Of a stretch of DNA of 64,000 bases, positions 37,162-47,300 are shown piece after piece. Under the pieces are notes generated by a model. The model made no database searches and was not told the DNA's origin. It saw nothing but the letters and a program-made list of their open reading frames with translations. The stretch lies in the IMG/VR virus record IMGVR_UViG_3300039008_000077, positions 4,189 through 68,188 of that record; one strand, given 5' to 3'. The translations under genes were made by a program, and so were the position numbers. The first letter of the stretch is position 1. The number at the start of each line of letters is the position of its first letter. This DNA is from a virus.

Positions 37162-37604
37162 TAGCGGAGCCTTTCAACAGTCGCACGCAGCACCACAGTT
37201 TCATTAGTGCTCACGACTTGGAATTCGATAGTGATGTTTGCGGTGTTACCGTCTCTACGCATTGCTGCCTCCACCTTCCGGATGCGGGCTCTCGGCTCAT
37301 AGTTTTGAATAGTGTTACGAATGGACTGTTCAATTTCATATGCCGTGAACGAATCATTAAGTTCAAATAGATACGAGCGAATGCCAGCGCCTTGGTTTGG
37401 CGCAAAGGGAACTTCGCCGGGGTTGGTCATAATTAAATTTTTGACAGCCTGCTTGACCGCAGCGGCATCATTGGAAATGTAAATATCTCCCGAACCGGGA
37501 ATCGGTTGGAAGCTAAGTTGAATATCAGAATATTTTTTGGTGCGGCTTACAATGATGCTGCCTGTTGAGAGGTTTGCGTCATCTGCGGCAAACTTGCGTG
37601 CCAT
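37161..37604 (-). CDS. gp25: Baseplate wedge subunit
   Basis: AVKQAVKNLIMTNPGEVPFAP, IRNTIQNYEPRA. Confidence 0.93.
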   Translation of the reverse strand: MARKFAADDANLSTGSIIVSRTKKYSDIQLSFQPIPGSGDIYISNDAAAVKQAVKNLIMTNPGEVPFAPNQGAGIRSYLFELNDSFTAYEIEQSIRNTIQNYEPRARIRKVEAAMRRDGNTANITIEFQVVSTNETVVLRATVERLR

Positions 37605-38371
37605 TATAATCCCTCCTCTCCATAGTCAGCATTCCAAGATACGGGATCAAAGATTACCATCTGGTCACCACGAAATCCTACGTTCTGAGCGTGGATATCC
37701 AAATTGGCATTCAAGCTTTTGACTTTTGTTAAGAAGTCTATTAGGTGTTCAAGATCAACTCCTAGCCTCTTGGCGAATCCATGAACTTGTTCGTGTGCAT
37801 ATGTATTATTGGGGTTGTCATTCAATACGTCTACAAGCGCTGCAATTTTATTGAAATTGTTTTTTTTAACTCCAAGGTCATATGCCTTATCTGAATTAAT
37901 TTCAAGAAATTCCATGACCGCAAGCATCTCGCCATGCTCAAACTCCCGGTAGTAGATTACCTCAGGGAAGAGAGGATTGGACTTGTGATATTTCTGACAC
38001 AGGGCAGCAAAGCCCTGCCAGCGATCTTGTTCACCCGTGCGGCCCGGCTTACTATGCTTCAAAACATACTGACGCTCATTGGTAGCACGAGAGTTTGCTC
38101 CTGAGAACACTGTAGAGAAGTAACCCCCACCCTCATATGATAGCCCCATTCCAATAGTGGTGTCCGTTGTCCCATCACTGAGAGCCCGAATAAGATCGGT
38201 CCCGGTTTCTAACCGAATGGTTCTTACTTCTCTTTTGGGAAGATCGGTCTCATTGTCCCAAGACGCAACCTCCATCTTATAATCAGTCGGCATAGACTTG
38301 ATTAGCTCGATGAGGTCCAGAGCTTCTTGTTTGCGCTCTACTAGCTGAATAAATTGACTATAGCTCTGCAT
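37604..38371 (-). CDS. Putative protein kinase with a capsid-targeting-like N-terminus
   Basis: Gly loop GGGYFSTV, VLK lysine, AVMEFL hinge, catalytic DIHAQN, VIFDP; N-terminus MQSYSQFIQLVE. Confidence 0.75.
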   Translation of the reverse strand: MQSYSQFIQLVERKQEALDLIELIKSMPTDYKMEVASWDNETDLPKREVRTIRLETGTDLIRALSDGTTDTTIGMGLSYEGGGYFSTVFSGANSRATNERQYVLKHSKPGRTGEQDRWQGFAALCQKYHKSNPLFPEVIYYREFEHGEMLAVMEFLEINSDKAYDLGVKKNNFNKIAALVDVLNDNPNNTYAHEQVHGFAKRLGVDLEHLIDFLTKVKSLNANLDIHAQNVGFRGDQMVIFDPVSWNADYGEEGL

Positions 38372-40301
38372 TGGATAGATCCAGAATGTTGTCGTCTACC
38401 TTGACGTGGTTGAACTCAGTGTAAACCGTACGAGAATTAGCACCCGGTTTAATGGTCACGATCAGGGTCGGCTCATTGACGCCTGAAGGATCATAGTCAA
38501 TGTAGGACAGAATCAGCTTATCGAAGGTCAGGTTATTTCTGATCCACTGAGCGGCTTCGAAGTAGAAGCTATTGGGGTGGTTAGGAAACTGGATGCCTAC
38601 ACCCAGACCTTTCACCATATCCACCGTAGGGGAATTGGAATCAACCTTCTCATTAGGCAACAGATTGTAGATGCCTTCAGATACTGTCCATGTATCCCTA
38701 TATTTATTCCGTAGCTCTTCTAGAACATTGTAGGAAACCAGCTGAGCATTCTGCGCAATCTGCGCAGCAGAGAGTCCGGCCTGATCCTTCAGAGTAGAAG
38801 ACAGGCTGTCGCCAGACAGCATATGACTGAGCATGAAGTTGGGAGATAGTTTGGAAGATTTTGCAATACCTTCGGTCAGGATCATTGCAGTCGGAATTTC
38901 CGTGACTCGTAGGCTTTCTGTTTGCTCAAGGTGAATCGTACTTTGACCTGCCCGAGAGTTACCAATAGAAGTAGACCCACTTGTAAATGGTACCGTAGAA
39001 CCCTCTCTCGTGGCCGTGGGTGGCGTTGAAGAGGAAATGGTAGACAGGATAGCCCCATTGTCCAACTGGTCCTGTAGCCATGCTTGATTCGTCCTCAGCG
39101 AACGATTGCGAGCACGGGCTACAACTTCATAGGTATTCAGAAGGCGACTGTTGTAGCCCGTGACAGGCTGGCGATCCAGATTCGTAATATAATCGTCACT
39201 GGTGCCTTTAACATCCACGACAGTCTCATCACTGTCTGGGTCCTCATCACGAGCGTCCGCAGTACCGGCACTCTGATTGGAAACCGATGTTGGAGAAGAA
39301 GCGCCGGTAGGAGCACTACCGGCAGTAGACGCCCACTGAGCACTCTTGGCGGTGCCTTCAAGAAGGGGCGTATGGACTGTGCCATCGGCTTTGATGGAAC
39401 CGGTAACGTCAAGAGCACCATCAATCACCACGTCGCCTGTGATGTCCATTGTGCCGGTCGTAACCACGACATTACCATAAAAATTTGTATTGTAGAGATT
39501 GGATGTGACGATAGAGCCAGCACCCTCGGTGCCTTCGGCATCCACGCCATTCATAGTCACAAGACCACCGAAGTATGAGCCCTGATACTGACCATAAGAC
39601 ATCTCATGAATTTCGCCCTCTACAGTTGTCCTATAGTCTCCTCCAATCTCAAGCTGGTGGTTGCCTACAGTACGTTCCAGCGAGTTGGAGAGATTGCGCA
39701 GGATCACATTGCCACGAGTCTCGTGGAGCCTGCTTCCGGTCGTAGAGGTTTCTTCGTTGCCATGGATACGAGTTCGGGTAGATCCTTGGACTTCTAGATT
39801 ATAGTTACCCTGTACCAGATGGTTGAAGTCGCCATCGGTTTGTAGGTTCATATCCCCTTTGCATCGAATAGATGCATTGGATTCAACGATAATGTTGACG
39901 TTACCCCTCACAACAGCATCAGCATCGCCCGCAACAATTTCATACTTGTCGCCTTTGGCCTTCACATACACAGAACCGTCCGGGCGCATTTCTATCTTAG
40001 AGCCAGTCTTATGCTGGATGCTTACCCGTTCACGGCCCGGCGTGTCATCGTATTCCACGATGTGTCCACCACGTGTTTCGTATACTTGGTTATGTGGATA
40101 TTGAGGAGAGCCTGAAGATGTGGGCTCTGTCACAGACTCAGCTGCAACTTGGGGGGTCAGAGATGCTACTCGTGCGCTACGGTTTCCCGCAGATTGTATC
40201 TCTTCACTTGCATTTGAGCGTGCACGTGGGTTAACGCCAGACTGATTTTGTGTCTGGCGCTTAGGAAATGTACCTGTTACATCCTGAAACCCATCGGGCA
40301 T
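38358..40301 (-). CDS. gp5: gp5 C-terminal part (beta-helix needle) plus a degenerate peptidase M15-like domain
   Basis: YPHNQVYETRGGHIVEYDDTPGRER...HKTGS, V-x-G-N/D beta-helix repeats; C-terminal LSPNFMLSH...NVLE; no OB-fold. Confidence 0.85.
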   Translation of the reverse strand: MPDGFQDVTGTFPKRQTQNQSGVNPRARSNASEEIQSAGNRSARVASLTPQVAAESVTEPTSSGSPQYPHNQVYETRGGHIVEYDDTPGRERVSIQHKTGSKIEMRPDGSVYVKAKGDKYEIVAGDADAVVRGNVNIIVESNASIRCKGDMNLQTDGDFNHLVQGNYNLEVQGSTRTRIHGNEETSTTGSRLHETRGNVILRNLSNSLERTVGNHQLEIGGDYRTTVEGEIHEMSYGQYQGSYFGGLVTMNGVDAEGTEGAGSIVTSNLYNTNFYGNVVVTTGTMDITGDVVIDGALDVTGSIKADGTVHTPLLEGTAKSAQWASTAGSAPTGASSPTSVSNQSAGTADARDEDPDSDETVVDVKGTSDDYITNLDRQPVTGYNSRLLNTYEVVARARNRSLRTNQAWLQDQLDNGAILSTISSSTPPTATREGSTVPFTSGSTSIGNSRAGQSTIHLEQTESLRVTEIPTAMILTEGIAKSSKLSPNFMLSHMLSGDSLSSTLKDQAGLSAAQIAQNAQLVSYNVLEELRNKYRDTWTVSEGIYNLLPNEKVDSNSPTVDMVKGLGVGIQFPNHPNSFYFEAAQWIRNNLTFDKLILSYIDYDPSGVNEPTLIVTIKPGANSRTVYTEFNHVKVDDNILDLSNAEL

Positions 40302-40312
40302 AAATTCACCCC

Positions 40313-40579
40313 TTAGCCGTTCAGTTGTTGTGGCTCGGTAGTAGTAGACTCAGAGACTTCGGGAGATTCACGCTTCACCACAGCACCATCCGGCTGGATA
40401 GCATACTCACCGGATCTCAGGTCAACACCATGGCGGTCTTGGATTAGATCCAGAACATCCCTGAATTCACGATCCAGTTGAGCAGCAGCTTGTTGGAGTC
40501 CACCTCGACGGACTTCCAGACCAGATAGTTTTTGAAGTTCAATTTCAGAAAGATTAATATTGGACATGTTATTTTTCAC
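40313..40579 (-). CDS. Small hypothetical protein (possible fibre-associated or chaperone)
   Basis: 88-aa helical ORF between the late promoter at 40859 and gp5C; the start may be 40567. Confidence 0.65.
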   Translation of the reverse strand: MKNNMSNINLSEIELQKLSGLEVRRGGLQQAAAQLDREFRDVLDLIQDRHGVDLRSGEYAIQPDGAVVKRESPEVSESTTTEPQQLNG

Positions 40580-40607
40580 CTATGATTAATGTCGCTATGC
40601 TAGTGGA

Positions 40608-40838
40608 TTAGGCCAGCAATTCATCCAACCGTGCTACTACACGGTCAATTTGTTCAAACTTCATAGAGAAGTCAGAAAGAAGATGCCGAGCCGTGTTCTT
40701 TGCATCAGCATCAAGATAAAGATCAACCTCAAGGTCAAGGCTATCTTTTAGATTTACCATCGCATCTTTGGTAGCAAGGAGTCTGGCTCGATCATCTGCC
40801 CACGCCTGCGCAATAGTTGTATTACGGTCTATTGACAT
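40608..40838 (-). CDS. Small hypothetical protein
   Basis: 76-aa ORF with a GGAG ribosome-binding site just after a late promoter. Confidence 0.7.
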   Translation of the reverse strand: MSIDRNTTIAQAWADDRARLLATKDAMVNLKDSLDLEVDLYLDADAKNTARHLLSDFSMKFEQIDRVVARLDELLA

Positions 40839-40858
40839 TATTTTCTCCGTTATGCTTC

Positions 40859-40866
40859 TATTTATA
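40859..40866 (-). promoter_or_regulatory. T4-type late promoter (drives gp5C, kinase, gp25, gp6, gp7)
   Basis: Exact TATAAATA. Confidence 0.85.
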
Positions 40867-40878
40867 GCCTATGTGATA

Positions 40879-41379
40879 TTAGATTTCGCTGCCGTAAGTC
40901 GATACGAAAATTTCATCCAGTGCCACCGGGCCAGCAGAAATATTGGTAATACTCAATGTACCGTTGACTCCCAATGAACCGGACTGCGCAGTATCAATAA
41001 AGTTAAACTGAAGCGTGTCATTGTTAGAAATAGAGATGTCTGTATTACTGGAAAATGATGTGTATGATCCGCCGTTGACTCTGTATTGTAGTGTACCTTG
41101 GGTAATATCCGGTGACAGTCTTACAGTAATTGCCTGACTTATACCGGTAAATGTTTGAACGTTGGACGCACCAGTACCCGGACCCAGATCAATCCAATCC
41201 ACAGGATCAGGGGTAATATCAACATCAGAAGTGCCATAGAAGTCACTAAGGCTTAGTGTACCCGATCCCGGTACACCCGTATCGGCTCCATAATATTCAC
41301 TAATGGAAATAGGGTTTGTCCCTCCAAATTCAGTTTGGATATCTCCAAGTGAAATTGCACCTGATTCTTGAAGTGCCAT
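40879..41379 (-). CDS. Fibre-tip-associated (adhesin-like) protein
   Basis: N-terminus MALQESGAISLGDIQTEFGGTNPISISEYY...LSLSDFYG, a motif typical of genes following phage fibres; beta-rich C-terminus. Confidence 0.65.
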   Translation of the reverse strand: MALQESGAISLGDIQTEFGGTNPISISEYYGADTGVPGSGTLSLSDFYGTSDVDITPDPVDWIDLGPGTGASNVQTFTGISQAITVRLSPDITQGTLQYRVNGGSYTSFSSNTDISISNNDTLQFNFIDTAQSGSLGVNGTLSITNISAGPVALDEIFVSTYGSEI

Positions 41380-44300
41380 TAATTGGGTTCCTTTTCCTCG
41401 TCGTTTAGTTTATTTATAAGAATTGAGACAAGCTCTTTCAGATCTTTTACTTCTTCTTCAAGAGCTTCACGTTTTTTCTTTTCTTCATAAAGAGCGGCTA
41501 CGGCATACTTACCGTAATCCATATGTAGAATGCCATTTTCATCCTCATGTACCAACTCAGGCGCTTCTTGTTGAACTTCCTGAGCGACAGGAGTAATGGA
41601 GTTCCGACCAGTTTCCTTCCATGTGATGTCATAGACAACAAGATTATCAATGAGGCCCGGACGATCAATTTCATGGTGAATATTCTTTAGGCTGGCATCT
41701 GAATATGCGGTAACATCACCAGTTGCAGTAAAATCGCCATTGTCATCAAATGTGAATCGGGTAGTCGTACCGTCACGGACATACAGATTGCCCAGATTAA
41801 CATCCATGTATGCATGAGTGCCATCATGAAAAATTTCAAAGTCATCGCCGGTGCCGAATGAACAGACATCATTGTCGTCAAAACTAACACCTCCATTGGC
41901 ACTAATGACACCTGTAACTGAAAGTGCCCCCGGAAGGCTACTGTCGCCACTTCCGTCACAGATAGTGGCAGTATAACGACCTGCCCATCCAGTGGCCCAG
42001 TTATCCGAAGATGAGTTGATTACTAATCCACCTTCGGCGTTGATATAAACACGCTCATCAGTTTGGCCGGTTGCATTTGCCGAAGCTTCACCGGCATTCA
42101 ATACGAGCTGCTGGCCTGTTCGGCAACGGACTTCATCCGCAAATACCCCCGTAGTTGCATATATTTCGGGTACTGTGATTTGGTCGTCTACTGTTAGTTT
42201 ACCATCAGTCGTAAGCGACATTGCGCCTTCAGATCCAGTATGATCAGAATGGCCCCACCAGAATCCACGAGAACTAGAGTTGTTCATTTGGAATGTCATG
42301 GCGAAGCTGTTCAAATCACCATATGTCACGGAGCTATCCATACCAATAGCATAATTCGAGTTATTCCAGACCCGAATCTTGTCACGAGAAGCAGTATTGT
42401 TGTGATCGATGTAATGATTCGCCGCAATTGATATATTGGAATCGAATTCCCATGCGCCGGTAATAGTTGCGGCTTCTGCCTTCCTTGGGAATTCCGATGC
42501 TTCGTAGCTATCTAGAGTATCAGCATCCAGCCCAGATCCAGATCCGTCATTACCAGCGTGCCAAACCTCATTGCCACTTTCGGCATAGATCGCTCCGGGG
42601 GAAGTGAAGCTCCCATCACTATCCTCGAATGTCCAACTATATTCTGTAGAATCCGTTTTGACTGTAATATAAAACCCTAAAGGACTTGCATCTGTTGAAT
42701 AAGAGTGCAAGTAGTTACCAGAAGATCCGCCATGGAGTGTAATGTATTGAGTGCTATTGCGTCCAAAAAGAGGTCCGGTTGTTGTATTTGGGGTATTACT
42801 GTTAACATAGCTAGTAATACCCGAGTCTGCACTAATACGTCCATCCCATGTACTAGACCCATCATTATTCACAATAGCAACAGTTGAGCCATTACCAGCC
42901 CCAGACCGTAAATCTAGAATCGCACCCGTTGATTGATTAGTAACGTATAGGGCGGGGCTTGTGCTATCTCTTCTTACCCATACATAATCATCTGTCGTTG
43001 AGCCAGCTCTTGCGTAGCCCGATCCCTCAACACCATCTAATGTATCGGCATCTAGCCCAGATCCCGATCCGTCATTACCGGCATGCCAATAGTCTGATAC
43101 AGCAGTCCCATTGAAGCTACCAACATTTTTGATGTCATTGCCGCTCATATTAAAATCGGCATATGCGGAAACTTCCGATGTTTTTAATGAGAATACATTT
43201 GTGAGAGCAGTAGCAACTCCTGAAGTTGTGCTGTCTCCCAGTTCAAATATAATCCGAGCGGTTGACGAATCCACATGTGATTCAATTCTAGCAGACGATC
43301 CCGTAGAATCAGGAGTGCCATCTCTGTGATTGAATGTGAGGTTGGCATTTCCATACCCATCATTAACCGTTAGGGCCACTCCCCCAGAACCGTTCCCAGC
43401 TTCGATATATGAACTGCTTGAAATCGATCCTGTTGTGGTGTCATCTGCATCAGATCTTAGGAATTGAGATGCGTGTAGGCCATCCAATAGATCAGCGTCC
43501 AACCCAGATCCCGATCCGTCATTACCGGCATGCCAGAGGGCGTTACCATCAAAGGTAAACGATGATGAGGTTAGAGATAACAACGGATCAGTAGTTAGAT
43601 CAGCCGAATCATTGATAACAAATGTGGAGCTATCTGATGCACCAACAGCCCAATCATCAGTACCCGTAGATCCGACATCAAACCCTACTGTCGGATCTCC
43701 TGCCTCACATCCGATATTGATGATTCCCGTAGACCCAATATCACGCTCGAATCGAGCAATTGGACCATCACTTCCGCCACCTGTGACATAAAGGCCAGCG
43801 CCCGATGATTTATTATCATCGATATGAACAGTGTATGAGGTGGTCCCGAAAGAGCTGCCATTACGCCCAAAAACAGTAGAGCCTTGAATGTGATTATGGA
43901 CATCAGATTCGGTGTCTCCTGCCTCTACCCAAATACCAAGCGCATTTGTGACATCTCCATCCATATTGTCACGGAGATTGATATGTAGACCATACAGGTT
44001 AGTGATCGTTCCGGTAGACGCATTAATATCAACATCGGCTCTTAGGAGATATGCGTTAGAAATCGTGGCTCCGGATGTTGAATCCTGATCAAGAAAACTA
44101 CGTACCCCGTACGCAGAAGACATAGCCTGATCGGAATCGGTAGTCAGCCTGACAACGCCCATTACCCCATAAGCAGTATCTAGTTCGGACCCCGCATTAT
44201 CCATACGAGATTCAAATCTACCACCAAATACAGTAGACCCGTTTGAGTCAGATCCGCCACTGACAGTTGCCAGTCCATTGACGCCATACATGAAGTCTGC

Positions 44301-47300
44301 ATGGCCAGAAATAATCTGTGCGTATCCATCCACCCCTGTCACGATAGGCACATTGCTATCGGCAGTGGTGGAGCTGTCATTAAGGACGGTCCGGCCATAG
44401 ATAGCGGTCCTATCTTGGGCGGATGTCATCAAGGCAGAACCTGATGCAACATTAATGCGTGAGAAGATTCCATATTCATCAGCATCGGTGTCCGAAGATG
44501 ACGTTCTTACAAGGTTGATAGAGCGGTTAGCATTGATGCCTACCCCGACCCCGATGTTATAATTGCTATCGAATTCAACATCAGAGTTAATGTTGAGAGT
44601 GTCCGCTGCGTTGAGGTTTAGGTCCCCGGACAGGGTACCAATAGTACCTGCTCCGGCATTGTACATTTCATTGGGATCAAATGACCACCCAAGAGAGGCG
44701 GTACCGATTTTAACCCATCCATTTTCCCATGTAGACCCCCCAATAGATCCACCGCCTCCGTCCCACTTCAGAGCACCACCAGCTTCAATTTCACCACGAA
44801 TTGTATCATTTGTACCAAAGACAATCTTCTCGTTATCCTGATTAACGATGTGGTAGTCCCCGGATGTGAATCCATGATATACACCTGAAGTAGACCCATC
44901 GCCTTTGAGGGTCATTAGTGTGTCACTGCCCGTTGGGTCACTAAAGCTAACACCCTCAACTCCGTTTGGCCTAATGAGAATGTCGCCAGCGGTAGTATCG
45001 ATAAGCATATTACCAGAATTGGTAGCAACAAGACGACCGATTTCTCCTGTCGTCTCATTACCAAGGAACAGGTATGCCCATTCTGTCCCAGATCCTCTGG
45101 CATAGAATCCACCATATCCCGATCCGCCCCGAGACTCGATGAGTGTGTCGCCGCTGGTGTTTTCAAAAAACCCCGCAGTTGGTGTCGTGGAATTGACAGT
45201 CAACGCCCCGGTCATGGTATCACTTGTGTCAGATCGCAAGAATTGAGTAGAATTCAATCCGTCAATAGTGCTGGCATCGGTGCTTCCAGACACCACGCTA
45301 TCAACATACGCCTTAATGGATTGCTGAGTAGCCAAAGCTGTAGCAGAGTCAGAAGACATAGCATCTTCATCAAGGATACTGTTTACCGATACACCAGATT
45401 CGAGCGCAAGGCCGTTATTGCCCAGCGCCATACGTTCAGTTCCATTCGTAGACCATGCCTGAGTGTTAGCTGCCTTGAGATACCACCCGGTATCTCCATC
45501 AGACCAGAAGGTATAGTGTGGAGTCGAAGCGGCTCCAAATCCCCCACGCTGGACGATATGAGCATCAGCAGCGGTAGAACCAGCAGTCGTAATATCAGTT
45601 ACCGTGACCGAAGCCCCAGATGCATACGAATTTTCAAATTGAGAACCTTCTCCTGTAACATTGATAGCTCCCCCAATTTGAGTATCGCCTCCAACATTAA
45701 GGACATAGGAAGAATCTACATCATCGCAAATACCAACCCGACCACTCGAAGATACAAACAGGGCCTTGTGCTGACTATTGTCATAGTCGCCCCATAGCTT
45801 CATGATGTATCGATCATCGGTTTGATCGGGATCTTGGATTTCGAAGTGAGTGCCACCGTTTGTTGTTGGGGGCTGAATTAGAATGCCAGCACCAGCATGT
45901 TGGTCCATAAGAAGCCGTTGACCAATTATGTCTAATGTACCATGGATGGCCATGTTACCAGAGGCATTTAATGTAGCAACTGTTGATCCATCAGGACCAT
46001 CTCTCCATGTGAACCCTCCGGACGCATCGAAAAACATAGATCCAGACGAAACGGTAGATGTAATTTTGGAATTAACTGTTCCGCCCGTTCTGAACTGGAT
46101 TTGAGTCTGAGTATCACCACTACTAATAATCTTGGTGTTAGGATTATTAGTAGCCCCAGTAGTCGGACCAAACGTAGTATTACCCGTAGATTCGATCTGT
46201 ACACTATTGATTCCCGAATTATTACGGAAGTAGTGATTGTCGAAATCTGTATACTGTGTTGTTACTGCTGTTCCCGGAGACGTATGGAAATATGGAGAGC
46301 CAGAATTGTCTACCAGACTTTGAGAGACCGACGAATTGGCTGTTGTTGTCTGGTGCAGTACCTGAGACTGAACACTCGTTCCAGAAAACACGACTTTCTC
46401 AGCCGTCCCAGAATTTTCAATCTGGAAGAATGTAGTTTCAGAGTTATCACGGAAGACAAAGCTATCCCCACCAGCCACAACTTCAAAGTTATTGATGCCA
46501 TTGACCCCAATTGCCATAGCCCGAGACGATGAATCGTTACGAATATATGTACGAGAGCTATCTTGCCCGATGAATGTCGAATATCCAGCACCGTCAAGTT
46601 CAAGATGATCGCCATCATCGCCACGGGAGATTTCAACCACATGATCGAGCCCAGTTCCGCCATTCACAAAAAGCGCAACTCCTAGAGAATCAGCAGTAAC
46701 GGCACTACCGATAGACACTCCAAGGTCATTGGTAAAGACTACTTCTTCAGTACCATTAAAGATCCATCCATATCCATTTTCACCCCGAATGATATTATTA
46801 CCACTTGCTTCCCAGCCGATATATCCCCGGCGAGTGTCATCGGCGGAATGGAACCCAAAGTATGGGGGATATGTGGCATTCGCACTTGTTACACTGATAT
46901 ATGGTCCGGACCCTTGACGGAACTGATCATTCTCATCGGAACGCATGAAGCTTGTAGAGTCTAGGCCATCCAGAGTAGCAGCATCACCAGCAGCAGTTCC
47001 GTCATCGAACAGAACATCATAATAGTTAGATCCATCAGATGTGGCTTGCCATGTGTCAGTAGTTTCATTCCAGCGGAATTGAACATTATCAGACGTACCC
47101 CGCTCAACTTCAATACCCGCATTCTGGGTGGGAGAGCCGGTCTCATCAGCGTTGAGCGTGATTATATTGTCCCCGACCTGAAGGTCAGTTGTATTGACAT
47201 ATGTTGTGGTCCCGTTAACTGTTAAGTCCCCGGAGACAACCATATTTCCGGTAAAGGTTTGGGCGGCGGCATTCAGGAATGCAATCTGACTATCATTCCC

